A model generated the notes under the pieces. The model was not told the DNA's origin, searched no databases, and worked only from the letters and a program-made list of their open reading frames with translations. A stretch of 64,000 bases of DNA from NCBI GenBank assembly GCA_023417785.1, contig JAEZEH010000077.1:2088-66087 (forward strand), in the 5' to 3' direction. Positions 1-9,556 of the stretch are shown here, piece after piece. This DNA comes from Bacteroidota bacterium (lineage in GTDB: Bacteria > Bacteroidota > Bacteroidia > Cytophagales > Cyclobacteriaceae). The position numbers and the translations under genes were made by a program. Each line of letters starts with the position of its first letter. The stretch's first letter is position 1.

Positions 1-1740
1 TTAATAGCCTATGACGTGAATCCCGATCGATTCGGTCCATGGAGGAAAGACTTTGTTTTTGTCGCGGACGATGGAAGTAACTCCGATGGGTTTACCAGCA
101 TACATCAGTCGCAGGCAAACGTTCTTGCCGACGATATAGAACATAACTATCCCTGGTATAACACCCGAAAAATATTTCTTGGTGCCTACCCAAAAATCGT
201 TTCACCTAACGGAGAGTCTATACCTCAGGCCAGGGCGGATCTTACGGACGAATTCAGCCAGGCTGTTGTCATCAATTATACCGGTCATGGTTCGGAAAAG
301 TTGTGGGCGGATGAGCGTATTCTCACAGAAGAGGTCGTTGAAAACCTTTCAAATAAACATCATCCTTTCCTGGTGACGGCAACCTGTGAATTTGGTCGTC
401 ATGACGATCCACGCGAAATCTCTGGTGCCGAGCATTCAGTACTCTTGGAAAAAGGTGGAAGTATCGGACTCGTTACTACGGCCCGACCTGTCAATTCCAG
501 TACAAATTTTTCGCTGAACGCGGCATTCTATGGTGCGCTGTTCATCCTGAACAACGATCACAGCATGACCGTTGGTGAAGTCTTTCGCCATACGAAAAAC
601 AATAGCGCCAGCGGCGTCGCCAACCGAAACTTCTCGCTGTTGGGTGATCCGGCGATGAAACTTGCTTTGCCCTGGGAACAGATTCGCGTTGATGAAGTCA
701 AAACAATCAACGGATCAGATACCCTCAAAGCATTATCGACCGTTGTGGTAAAAGGGCGCGTCAACGATGAAAATGGGAATACGGTGACAAGCTTCAATGG
801 CACTGTTCATGCAACAGTATTCGATAAGAGAACTTCGTTTGAAACGATAGGGAGAAATGATCCGGCGTTTTCATTCAAGCAATTCAGCAATGCGCTGTTC
901 AGGGGTGAAGCCTCGGTGGTAGATGGCCTTTTCGAATTGCGTTTTATAATGCCCCGGAATATCGCGTACGGTGTCGATTACGGCAAACTTAGCCTTTATG
1001 CTTTCAACGACGCCAAATCAGCCGATGTCGCCGGTACAGGAACTACCTTTAAAATTGGCGGCAGCGAGGCGAACGTTGCCCCTGATAACACGTCACCTGA
1101 ATTGGCGGTTTATCTGGGCGACACCACCTTCGTAGATGGTGGTCTGGTAAGCCCGAACACGCTTTTGGTAGTGAAGGTCCGCGACGAAAGCGGTATCAAT
1201 ATTTCCAACTATGGCATCGGTAACACGATGATGGCGATTCTCGATGATGATGAGGCCGTGTTCCTGTTGAATGACCATTATACGGCTGTGAAAGACGATT
1301 TCCGGCAGGGCTGGATCCGCTATCCGCTTCAGGATCTCAGCCCTGGCGAACACACCCTGACGGTGAAGGTGTGGGATACCTATAATAACCCTGCGGAACA
1401 GACTATCCGGTTTTCGGTATCTACAGGCAACACTTTCGTCGTCGAAGATTTCGGCAACTACCCCAATCCATTTTCGGATGAAACCACGTTTTTCTTCCGG
1501 CATAACCGCCCTGGAGAAGCTATCGATGGCCGGATTACTGTATTGAGCACAACAGGTCAGCAAATCGGGACAGTGGACTTTGAAATGCCCGAAAGCGCCT
1601 TTGAATCGAGTATTCCCTTTAAAATGACAGAGTCCGGAAAAAAACTGCCCCCCGGCATATACTTGGGGCATCTGCAAATACGTTCCCTTTCCGATGGAAG
1701 AAGAACAGCACGGGTGACAAAACTTATTGTTTCAAAATGA
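1..1740 (+). CDS. porU: Type IX secretion system sortase PorU (C25 peptidase family), N-terminally truncated by the window edge
   Basis: Frame 1 is open from nt 1. C25-type motifs are present: YTGHGSE (catalytic His) and VTATCEFGRHDDP (catalytic Cys). The C-terminal beta-sandwich ends in a T9SS CTD-like motif (NYPNPFSDETTFFF). porV lies immediately downstream. Confidence 0.85.
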   Translation, partial: LIAYDVNPDRFGPWRKDFVFVADDGSNSDGFTSIHQSQANVLADDIEHNYPWYNTRKIFLGAYPKIVSPNGESIPQARADLTDEFSQAVVINYTGHGSEKLWADERILTEEVVENLSNKHHPFLVTATCEFGRHDDPREISGAEHSVLLEKGGSIGLVTTARPVNSSTNFSLNAAFYGALFILNNDHSMTVGEVFRHTKNNSASGVANRNFSLLGDPAMKLALPWEQIRVDEVKTINGSDTLKALSTVVVKGRVNDENGNTVTSFNGTVHATVFDKRTSFETIGRNDPAFSFKQFSNALFRGEASVVDGLFELRFIMPRNIAYGVDYGKLSLYAFNDAKSADVAGTGTTFKIGGSEANVAPDNTSPELAVYLGDTTFVDGGLVSPNTLLVVKVRDESGINISNYGIGNTMMAILDDDEAVFLLNDHYTAVKDDFRQGWIRYPLQDLSPGEHTLTVKVWDTYNNPAEQTIRFSVSTGNTFVVEDFGNYPNPFSDETTFFFRHNRPGEAIDGRITVLSTTGQQIGTVDFEMPESAFESSIPFKMTESGKKLPPGIYLGHLQIRSLSDGRRTARVTKLIVSK

Positions 1741-1768
1741 TTAATTTTAAACCTTTGAAAAAAATTGA

Positions 1769-2935
1769 ATGAGACTCGCTAGTTCACTTTTTATAATAAT
1801 TCTGGGCGCCATAAGCTCCAAGTCTCTGGCTCAGAATACGTTAGGTCAGGATAATGCCATTACAACCGCTGTTCCGTTTTTGCTTATCTCTCCTGATGCA
1901 CGCCATGCCGCCCTGGGTGATGCCGGCGTCGCCTCCTCCCCCGATGCAAACAGCGCCTGGTGGAACCCCGGTAAACTCGCCTTTATTGACTACAGTCATG
2001 GAGCAACACTTTCGGTTACGCCCTGGCTGAATAAGATCGTCAACGACATGTATGTATCATACCTGGGCGGTTTTTATAAAATCACACGCGAACAAGCCGT
2101 TGCATTTGGTATTAAATATTTCGACCTCGGTGATATCAGCTTCAGAGATCAGAACAATAACCCACTTGGCGATTTTAATCCAAGGGAATTCTCCTTCGAA
2201 GCAACATATTCACGGATGCTCACCGAGGAGTTAAGCATTGGTGGAACGGCCAAATATATCTATTCAAATCTTACCGGGGCATTCAGCGGGCTTGATGCCA
2301 AACCCGGCCATAGTGTTGCCGCGGATGTTGGAATATATTATACCAAACCGATCGAACGCAGTGCACGTAACGCTACGCTTTCGTTCGGAGCATCGATTTC
2401 TAATATCGGTGCAAAAATATCCTACACTAACGCTGATAATTCTGACTTCCTGCCCACGAATCTCCGGTTCGGCACGGCTTACACTACTGAGCTCGACCCA
2501 AACAACAAAATCACCTTCATGCTTGACCTGAACAAGCTTTTGGTACCGACACCTCCCGAGCGTGACGAAGCTGGTAATATTGTTCGGGGAAAAAATCCTG
2601 ATCGCAGTTTGCTCAGCGGTATGTTCGGTTCCTTCGCCGATGCACCCAACGGCGCCAGCGAAGAACTTAAGGAGGTCATGATCTCATCAGGAATCGAATA
2701 CTGGTACAACGATACTTTCGCTGCGCGGCTTGGATATTTTAATGAAAACAGTCTAAAAGGCAACAGGAAATATCTCACCGTAGGTACTGGCTTCCGTCGT
2801 AAGACGTTTGGCATTGATGTGGCCTACCTCGTACCTACCAATAAGCGTGAACATCCCCTCGCCGAAACGCTTCGGTTCACTTTCCTGCTTCAGGTTGCAG
2901 GCACAAGGGGAAGCGAGGATTCGGTTACAGACTAA
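1769..2935 (+). CDS. porV: T9SS outer-membrane shuttle protein PorV (LptO)
   Basis: Signal peptide, then the PorV-typical N-terminus ITTAVPFLLISPDARHAALGDAGVASSPD. Beta-barrel-like alternating pattern. Conserved porU-porV adjacency. Confidence 0.85.
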   Translation: MRLASSLFIIILGAISSKSLAQNTLGQDNAITTAVPFLLISPDARHAALGDAGVASSPDANSAWWNPGKLAFIDYSHGATLSVTPWLNKIVNDMYVSYLGGFYKITREQAVAFGIKYFDLGDISFRDQNNNPLGDFNPREFSFEATYSRMLTEELSIGGTAKYIYSNLTGAFSGLDAKPGHSVAADVGIYYTKPIERSARNATLSFGASISNIGAKISYTNADNSDFLPTNLRFGTAYTTELDPNNKITFMLDLNKLLVPTPPERDEAGNIVRGKNPDRSLLSGMFGSFADAPNGASEELKEVMISSGIEYWYNDTFAARLGYFNENSLKGNRKYLTVGTGFRRKTFGIDVAYLVPTNKREHPLAETLRFTFLLQVAGTRGSEDSVTD

Positions 2936-2938
2936 ACA

Positions 2939-4198
2939 ATGCTCGACAGAACAATAGCTCCGCCTTTTCAGAAGACGACCCGGTTTGATTTGCTCGAACC
3001 CACGACCAATAAGCTTCTCAATGGCATCGACGTACACTACCTGACGGGAGGACAACAGGATGTAATCAAAATCGAACTCATCTTCAAAGCCGGAAGGTGG
3101 TATGAAAAAAAATGGGGGGCCGCCCATTTCATGGCTACCCTTCTAATGAAGGGGTCGAAGAAAAAAAACAGCTTTGAAATTGCCAGCATATTCGACTTCT
3201 ATGGAGCACATGTGGAGGTTAATCCCGGGCTCGATGTCGTCAGCGTCGCGCTTTATACATTGATAAAAAATCTTAAACCGGTTCTCGAACTCCTTTTCGA
3301 GATCATCACAGAAACAGATTTCCCCGCGCGGGAACTGGAACTTTCAAAAGCCATCTATCTTCAGAATCTTAAAGTAAATAAAGAGAAAACCAGCTTTCAG
3401 GCAGGTAAATTTTTCCGGAAACATCTTTTCGGAGAGGTTCATCCATACGGGAAGGAGTTGGATGAAAAGGAAGTAGAACGTCTTGACCCCGATGCCCTGA
3501 GAGATCATTACCATGCATTTTTCCGGGATCTTCTCATCATTGTTTCCGGTAAGATCGACGAACACAGCATTGACCTCATCAACTCCACCTTTTCCGGTTT
3601 GAGATGCAAAACCTCAGAAGCTATCTCACTACATCCGCCGACGGATGAACCGTCAAGGAACCTTTATGACAAAGAAGGAAGTCTGCAGACATCGGTTCGC
3701 GTCGGAAAAAGATTTATTGGAAGAAGTCACAGTGATTATTTCGATGTGCTCCTCCTGAATCACCTCCTTGGGGGTTACTTTGGCTCGAGGTTGATGAGAA
3801 ACATCCGAGAAGAAAAGGGACTCACGTATGGTATATACGCATCCATACATACCTTGATGCGCGATAGCTATCTGGTCATCGGAGCCGACGTAACCAAGGA
3901 AAACCTTGACCTTACTTTCGACGAGATCCGGCTTGAACTCCGGAGGCTTTCAAGTGAGCCTGTTCCACAGGATGAATTGCAGACGGCACGAAACCACTTC
4001 ATTGGAAGTCTGCAGGCAGAAATTACAACACCATTTTCCCATGCCGATAAGCTGAAAAACATTCTGCTTTATGATTTGTCATCTGACTACTATACGCGAC
4101 TGATCCGGCGTATCGATACCATATCGGCTGAGGATTTGATGCAGGTCGCAGACAAGTATTATTCGGAAGATTCCTTTTACGAAATAGCGGTTGGCTAA
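2939..4198 (+). CDS. M16 (pitrilysin) family protein, non-catalytic homologue
   Basis: M16 fold signature GAAHFMATLLMKGS, in which the zinc motif HxxEH reads HFMAT (nt 3125-3139). The start lies 4 nt after the porV stop. Confidence 0.75.
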   Translation: MLDRTIAPPFQKTTRFDLLEPTTNKLLNGIDVHYLTGGQQDVIKIELIFKAGRWYEKKWGAAHFMATLLMKGSKKKNSFEIASIFDFYGAHVEVNPGLDVVSVALYTLIKNLKPVLELLFEIITETDFPARELELSKAIYLQNLKVNKEKTSFQAGKFFRKHLFGEVHPYGKELDEKEVERLDPDALRDHYHAFFRDLLIIVSGKIDEHSIDLINSTFSGLRCKTSEAISLHPPTDEPSRNLYDKEGSLQTSVRVGKRFIGRSHSDYFDVLLLNHLLGGYFGSRLMRNIREEKGLTYGIYASIHTLMRDSYLVIGADVTKENLDLTFDEIRLELRRLSSEPVPQDELQTARNHFIGSLQAEITTPFSHADKLKNILLYDLSSDYYTRLIRRIDTISAEDLMQVADKYYSEDSFYEIAVG

Positions 4199-4674
4199 TT
4201 TGCGTCGGTAACCTTTTCAATCGCCAGGCCTACAGAAAGTATACCCTTAAGCGAATCCGTCCGCATAGATTGGTCAAAACTTGCTTCAAAAATGCCGGCC
4301 CTCGGAAATTTATAATTTGAAAGGACCCCGATTCGATGGTCGTATAAATCACCAAGGCCGCTTTTGCCTGATGGCTTGCCCGTCTTTGGATCGAACAGAA
4401 ACTCCGTCACCAGTTTTTCATGGAACTTGTTTCCAAGCGTGTCGGTCAACGTAAAGTTCACGAACACACGCGACCACGGATAATGTGTTGAATTCCGGAG
4501 GTTACAATAAACATTATATGAAGCAAGCGTATCTGAAATCTCAAACGAAAAACGCGCATCTTCAGAAGCCAGCCAAATCCTGTCTTCAAAGTCTACGTAT
4601 TCCCGATACACGTGATCCGAACCACATGATGACAGAAACATCAGGAATATCCCGGCCAAAGTTCCGACTCTCAT
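4195..4674 (-). CDS. gldH: Gliding motility lipoprotein GldH
   Basis: Lipoprotein signal (LSSC). About 160 aa. GldH-like motifs YNVYCNLRNSTHYPWSRVF and GILSVGLAIE. The start overlaps the PSP1 gene stop by 4 nt. Confidence 0.7.
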   Translation of the reverse strand: MRVGTLAGIFLMFLSSCGSDHVYREYVDFEDRIWLASEDARFSFEISDTLASYNVYCNLRNSTHYPWSRVFVNFTLTDTLGNKFHEKLVTEFLFDPKTGKPSGKSGLGDLYDHRIGVLSNYKFPRAGIFEASFDQSMRTDSLKGILSVGLAIEKVTDAN

Positions 4675-5876
4675 CGTTTCTTATTCGGATTGGGTTTTTG
4701 ATTATTGGGGTTGTTCCCGCGGGGTGGCCGCGGCCCTGCTGTTGGAGTGGCAGGATTACCGTCGCGATTGCCCTGAGGTCTCTTCTTCTTTTTCTTTTTT
4801 GACTTGTTCCGGAATTTCTTGTCCATCCGGTCGAGGTCACTATTCAGCGGTTCAGCAACAAGCTTTTCCTCTACCTGGTCCACGTCGAGGCTGGCGGGTT
4901 TTTTTCCTTCGCGGTTCATTCGTAAAATGTGGTTCACCCTGTCGATGTTGAGCGGGTACCAGGTATTTTCCTCGCTGAACCCAAACCACATGATTTTGCG
5001 GAAGATATCGGTTTTCTGCAGTACCGCGTCTCCTTTCATTGTGAGAAGAGGCCCTTCAATTTTCGGAATATGGTCGAGAGCCTCCATATAGGTCTCCAAC
5101 TCGTAATTAAGACAACATTTCAATCGACCGCACTGACCAGACAGTTTGCTCGGATTAAGCGACAGATTCTGATACCTCGCCGCACTCGTGGCGACGTTCT
5201 TAAATTCACTTAACCAGGTTGCGCAGCATAATTCGCGTCCGCAAACGCCAATACCGCCGAGACGTCCGGCTTCCTGTCTCAGGCTGATCTGTCGCATTTC
5301 TACCCGGATCTTGAATTCACCGGCGAGAATCTTGATGAGCTCCCGAAAATCGACCCGGTCATCGGCCGAATAAAAGAAAGTAGCCTTGGTATTATCAGCC
5401 TGATACTCGATATCCGACAACTTCATCTCCAGTTTCAGGTCGCGAATGATTTCGCGTGTCCGGTAAAGCGTCGGCAGTTCGCGCTTTTTGACTTCTTCAA
5501 ATTTTTCAAGATCCTTCTGGTGAGCAATGCGGTAAACCTTACGAATATCTCCATCATCAGCTACCTTTTTCTTTTGCATTTGAAGACGAACCAACTCACC
5601 CTGCAGCGACACATAGCCGATGTGATGGCCATTCGGGACCTCAACAACTATTGCATCGCCGGTAGTAAGCGGCAGACCTTCCGAGTTCCGGAAAAACTCC
5701 TTACGCCCGTTTTTGAATCTCACTTCAATGATTTTGAATGTGTCGACCCCTGGCAGTTCCATATTGGAAAGCCAGTCAAAGACATTCATCTTATTGCAGC
5801 TGCCTGTGCTACAGGCTCCGTTATTATTACAACCGGTTACTTTCCCGGTTTTTGTTGATCCACATGAACAGCCCAT
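4671..5876 (-). CDS. PSP1 domain protein (RicT/YaaT-like) with a Cys-rich N-terminus and a basic low-complexity C-terminal tail
   Basis: PSP1 C-terminal domain Cys motifs (GVCGRELCCATWL, GQCGRLKCCLNYE). N-terminal GCSCGS...GC...CSTGSC. C-terminal KKKKKKR/Pro-Asn-rich tail. Confidence 0.8.
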   Translation of the reverse strand: MGCSCGSTKTGKVTGCNNNGACSTGSCNKMNVFDWLSNMELPGVDTFKIIEVRFKNGRKEFFRNSEGLPLTTGDAIVVEVPNGHHIGYVSLQGELVRLQMQKKKVADDGDIRKVYRIAHQKDLEKFEEVKKRELPTLYRTREIIRDLKLEMKLSDIEYQADNTKATFFYSADDRVDFRELIKILAGEFKIRVEMRQISLRQEAGRLGGIGVCGRELCCATWLSEFKNVATSAARYQNLSLNPSKLSGQCGRLKCCLNYELETYMEALDHIPKIEGPLLTMKGDAVLQKTDIFRKIMWFGFSEENTWYPLNIDRVNHILRMNREGKKPASLDVDQVEEKLVAEPLNSDLDRMDKKFRNKSKKKKKKRPQGNRDGNPATPTAGPRPPRGNNPNNQKPNPNKKR

Positions 5877-5882
5877 TCCCGC

Positions 5883-7169
5883 TTATTCTTTATAATTTAG
5901 TAAATCCTGGCCGATATCATTTCGATAGAAAAGATTATCCCAGGAAACATCGGCGGCACCCTCATAAGCTTTTTTTCGAGCTTCTTCGAGCGTGCTACCT
6001 TTTCCGGTCACAGCCAGCACCCGGCCGCCATCCGTAAGGACAGCATCATTCTCGGTGCGTGTTCCCGCATGAAAGACAAGAGCCTCTCCATTTCCGTTGA
6101 GTCCTTTAATAACCTTGCCTTTGGCGTAGTCACCAGGGTACCCGCCCGAAACCATCGCGAGCGTCACCGAGTAGCCGGCGTCAATTTCGATTTTTGTATT
6201 TGCCAGTGTCCCTTTGGCGGCCGAAGCGAGGAGTTCAACAAAGTCAGTTCTGATGCGTGGTAAAACTGCCTGCGTTTCAGGATCGCCCATGCGGGCATTG
6301 TATTCGATAACAAATGGCGATCCCCCGACGTTCATCAGGCCGACGAAGATAAAACCGCAATATTCAATTCCCTCCTTTTGTAAGCCGGCAATCGTAGGCT
6401 TCACCACCTGCTCCTCGACCTTGCTCATAAAATCCGGCCCGGCAAATACTACGGGTGATACCGCACCCATTCCGCCGGTGTTCGGTCCGGTGTCTCCGTT
6501 GCCAATTCGTTTATAATCTTTCGCTTCGGGAAGGATGACGTAATCCTTGCCATCAGTAAGAACGAAGACTGACAATTCAATTCCTGACAAGAACTCTTCA
6601 ACCAGAACTGTGGCGCTGGCGTCACCGAATTTTCTGCTAACCAGCATTTCTTCGAGTTCTTGCCGGGCTTCAGCAATACTCTGACATATTACAACACCCT
6701 TTCCGGCAGCCAGCCCGTCGGCCTTCAGCACTATTGGTGGATGCATTTCAGCGACATAGGCACGGGCCTCCTCTATATCGTCCGCGGTAAAGGACTTTGC
6801 CTTTGCCGTTGGAACACCGTGTCGAAGCATAAACTGTTTGGAAAAGTCTTTAGATCCTTCCAACTGAGCTCCTGCTTTGCCGGGCCCTACAAAAAGAATC
6901 GATCTGAGCTTGGGATCTGCCTCGAAGTAATCCCGGATGCCCTTAACCAAAGGCATTTCCGGTCCCACCACCACCATGTCAATATTTTTCTGGGAACAAA
7001 ATGCACCTAAGGCAGCGAAATCATCGGCTGCGATAGCGACATTTTCGGCGATCTGGCCACTGCCGGCGTTGCCGGGAGCGACGTAGAGATTTTTGCATGC
7101 CGGGCTTTGCCGGATCTTCCATGCGAAGGCATGTTCTCGACCGCCGTTTCCCACAATCAGTATGTTCAT
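5883..7169 (-). CDS. purD: Phosphoribosylamine--glycine ligase
   Basis: Full-length PurD similarity (MNILIVGNGGREHA..., ATP-grasp). I moved the start to the MNILIVG Met. The track start at 7184 lies too close to the -7 box. Confidence 0.93.
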   Translation of the reverse strand: MNILIVGNGGREHAFAWKIRQSPACKNLYVAPGNAGSGQIAENVAIAADDFAALGAFCSQKNIDMVVVGPEMPLVKGIRDYFEADPKLRSILFVGPGKAGAQLEGSKDFSKQFMLRHGVPTAKAKSFTADDIEEARAYVAEMHPPIVLKADGLAAGKGVVICQSIAEARQELEEMLVSRKFGDASATVLVEEFLSGIELSVFVLTDGKDYVILPEAKDYKRIGNGDTGPNTGGMGAVSPVVFAGPDFMSKVEEQVVKPTIAGLQKEGIEYCGFIFVGLMNVGGSPFVIEYNARMGDPETQAVLPRIRTDFVELLASAAKGTLANTKIEIDAGYSVTLAMVSGGYPGDYAKGKVIKGLNGNGEALVFHAGTRTENDAVLTDGGRVLAVTGKGSTLEEARKKAYEGAADVSWDNLFYRNDIGQDLLNYKE

Positions 7170-7195
7170 CTCGGGTAGGGTCAATTAATGAATCC

Positions 7196-7203
7196 CAAAG
7201 ATA
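7196..7203 (-). promoter_or_regulatory. Bacteroidota -7 promoter element (TATCTTTG) for purD-PSP1-gldH
   Basis: Exact TAnnTTTG match on the minus strand, 27 nt upstream of the purD ATG. Confidence 0.4.
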
Positions 7204-7242
7204 CTTTTCTATTCCATTAAATAAAATCGGCAGAACAAGGAC

Positions 7243-7280
7243 AAAAAAAACGTGGTACATAAGGTGCCCACGTTTTTTTG
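7243..7280 (-). terminator. Rho-independent terminator after recQ
   Basis: Stem ACGTGG/CCACGT extended by an A-run and a T-run. On the minus strand the hairpin is followed by T8. Confidence 0.6.
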
Positions 7281-7298
7281 CAAGGATTTAAAGCCAAG

Positions 7299-9488
7299 TT
7301 AATTGGCATATTCGGAAAGAAACTTGATCCGCATCAAACGGATCTCCTCTTCCGAGTACTCGGCCATGGAACCATCCTGAAAAGCCGCGTCAAGGCTATC
7401 GGTTTCGGCAGACATGAAATAGTCATGGATATCTTCCTGCTTATGGCGATCGAGCACCTGATCAATGTAGTAGTTCAAATTGAGTTTCGTACCCGAATAG
7501 CAGATATTCTCAATTTCAGTGAGCATATCTTCGAACGACAAGTTGATCGATTCGGCGATCTCCTCAAGATCAACTTTGCGGTCGATCTGCTGGATGATGA
7601 ATATCTTGGTTTTCGACTTGTTGACGGAAGACTTGACCACGACGTCGTTTGCCGTTTCGATGTCGTTTTCGTCAACGTATTTTTCAATTGCCTCCAAAAA
7701 GCTCTTCCCAAACTTGTTCACCTTACCCATGCCGACCCCGTTGACCTGAGCCAGTTCGTCTTTGGTTGTCGGGTAGGTTGTAGCCATTTCCTCCAGAGAA
7801 GGGTCCTGGAAGATTACATATGGCGGCAAACCTTTTTCCTTCGCAAGCTTCTTCCGGAGAGTTTTGAGGATCTCGAACAACTTGACGTCGTACGATTTTG
7901 AATTCACGGGGGCTCTTTCCGGAGAATCCTCTTCTTCATCAACCTCTGTGGTGAAATCGTGATCTCGTGAAAGCTCCACAAGGTATGGGCTCTTCAAAAA
8001 TTCCAGACCTTTCCGGGAAGTCCTCAGGGCGCCGATATTGTCAATGTCTTTTTCCAAAAACTGGTATATCAGTGCCTGACGGATAACCGACTTCCAATAA
8101 TCAGAATCTTCATCGGCACCTTTTCCATAAACAACGAGGTCGAAGTGACCGTAGCTCTTTACGTATTCGTCTTCAACGCCGCGGATAACATGAACCAGGT
8201 GATTAAGTCCAAACCTTCCCTTGGTCAGTTTAACAGTTTCAATTGCGAGTGTCAGCGCGTCTGTGCCATCAAAACGTTCACGCGGATGGACACAGTTATC
8301 GCACATGCCGCAATTCTCCTGCGTGTATTCTTCACCGAAATAGTGCAGCAGCTGCCGTCTCCGGCACACCGGTGATTCGGCATAGTATTCCATTTCCTGA
8401 AGAAGAATTCGTGCATTCTCCCGTTCTTGAACCGGTTTATCTTTGTTGAACTTCTCGAGTTTGTTCAAGTCGTTATGACTATAGAACATAAGGCATATGC
8501 CTTCGAGCCCGTCTCGTCCCGCACGTCCGGTTTCCTGATAGTAGCCCTCCAATGATTTGGGCACATCATAATGCACGACGAAGCGTACATCAGGTTTATC
8601 GATTCCCATGCCGAACGCAATGGTGGCTACGATGATATCTACCTCTTCATTCAGAAAATCGTCCTGATTCTTGATCCGTACATCGGGGTCAAGCCCGGCG
8701 TGATAGGGTGCGGCTTTGAAGCCGTTCACGTTGAGCAATTTGGCGATCTCCTCCACCTTCTTACGGCTCAAACAATAGATTACGCCGGACTTGCCTTTGT
8801 GCTCTTTGAGAAACCGGATCAGCTGTTTCTTCGTCTCCTTTTTTGGTCTGACTTCGTAATACAGGTTCTTCCGGTTGAAGGAGGAAATGAAAACGTCTGC
8901 CTCCTCCATTTGAAGGTTCTTCTGAATATCGATCTGAACCTTGGGGGTGGCCGTGGCGGTAAGTGCAATCACAGGCATATCGCCAAGATGATGAATCATC
9001 GTTTTGATGCGTCGGTATTCCGGCCGGAAATCGTGGCCCCACTCGGAAATACAGTGTGCTTCGTCAATAGCGACAAAAGAAACGTTAACCTTCTTGAGGA
9101 ACTCGATAGTCTCTTCCTTATTCAAGGATTCCGGCGCAACGTAAAGCAGTTTCACGTTGCCGTTCATACACTCCTTTTTCAGGCGGGTAATTTCACCTTT
9201 GCTTAAGGTTGAATTGAGGAAGCGTGCATTAACACCATAAGCGTTCATCTGGTCCACCTGGTTCTTCATAAGAGCAATCAGGGGTGAGATGACAATAGCG
9301 AGACCTTCCCGCATCATGGCCGGCAACTGATAGCAGAGTGACTTACCTGCACCGGTTGGCATGATGACGAATGTATTATTTCCTTCTAACAGATTCCGGA
9401 TAATGATTTCCTGATTACCGCGGAACTGACTGTAGCCAAATATTTCCTTTAAACGCTCCTTAAGAGCATCTTTCTCTTCGACCAACAT
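7299..9488 (-). CDS. recQ: ATP-dependent DNA helicase RecQ
   Basis: Helicase motifs (PTGAGKSLCYQ, DEAHC), RecQ-Ct zinc region (CRR..C..CDNC) and a C-terminal HRDC domain. 729 aa. Confidence 0.95.
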   Translation of the reverse strand: MLVEEKDALKERLKEIFGYSQFRGNQEIIIRNLLEGNNTFVIMPTGAGKSLCYQLPAMMREGLAIVISPLIALMKNQVDQMNAYGVNARFLNSTLSKGEITRLKKECMNGNVKLLYVAPESLNKEETIEFLKKVNVSFVAIDEAHCISEWGHDFRPEYRRIKTMIHHLGDMPVIALTATATPKVQIDIQKNLQMEEADVFISSFNRKNLYYEVRPKKETKKQLIRFLKEHKGKSGVIYCLSRKKVEEIAKLLNVNGFKAAPYHAGLDPDVRIKNQDDFLNEEVDIIVATIAFGMGIDKPDVRFVVHYDVPKSLEGYYQETGRAGRDGLEGICLMFYSHNDLNKLEKFNKDKPVQERENARILLQEMEYYAESPVCRRRQLLHYFGEEYTQENCGMCDNCVHPRERFDGTDALTLAIETVKLTKGRFGLNHLVHVIRGVEDEYVKSYGHFDLVVYGKGADEDSDYWKSVIRQALIYQFLEKDIDNIGALRTSRKGLEFLKSPYLVELSRDHDFTTEVDEEEDSPERAPVNSKSYDVKLFEILKTLRKKLAKEKGLPPYVIFQDPSLEEMATTYPTTKDELAQVNGVGMGKVNKFGKSFLEAIEKYVDENDIETANDVVVKSSVNKSKTKIFIIQQIDRKVDLEEIAESINLSFEDMLTEIENICYSGTKLNLNYYIDQVLDRHKQEDIHDYFMSAETDSLDAAFQDGSMAEYSEEEIRLMRIKFLSEYAN

Positions 9489-9518
9489 CTTATATGTTTT
9501 GATGAAAACCTAAATATG

Positions 9519-9526
9519 TATCTTTG
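9519..9526 (+). promoter_or_regulatory. Bacteroidota -7 promoter element (TATCTTTG) for kdsD-manC
   Basis: Exact TAnnTTTG match. Its position overlaps the track start at 9524, which argues for a downstream start codon. Confidence 0.4.
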
Positions 9527-9556
9527 CGTTCCAACAAAGCTAATTTTCAAAAGCCA

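Noticed and set aside
7278-9206. Long plus-strand ORFs (207 aa at 7278-7901, 211 aa at 8571-9206) inside recQ
   Set aside because: They are antisense to a full-length, motif-rich RecQ gene. Their translations have no recognisable motifs and a biased, shadow-frame-like composition.
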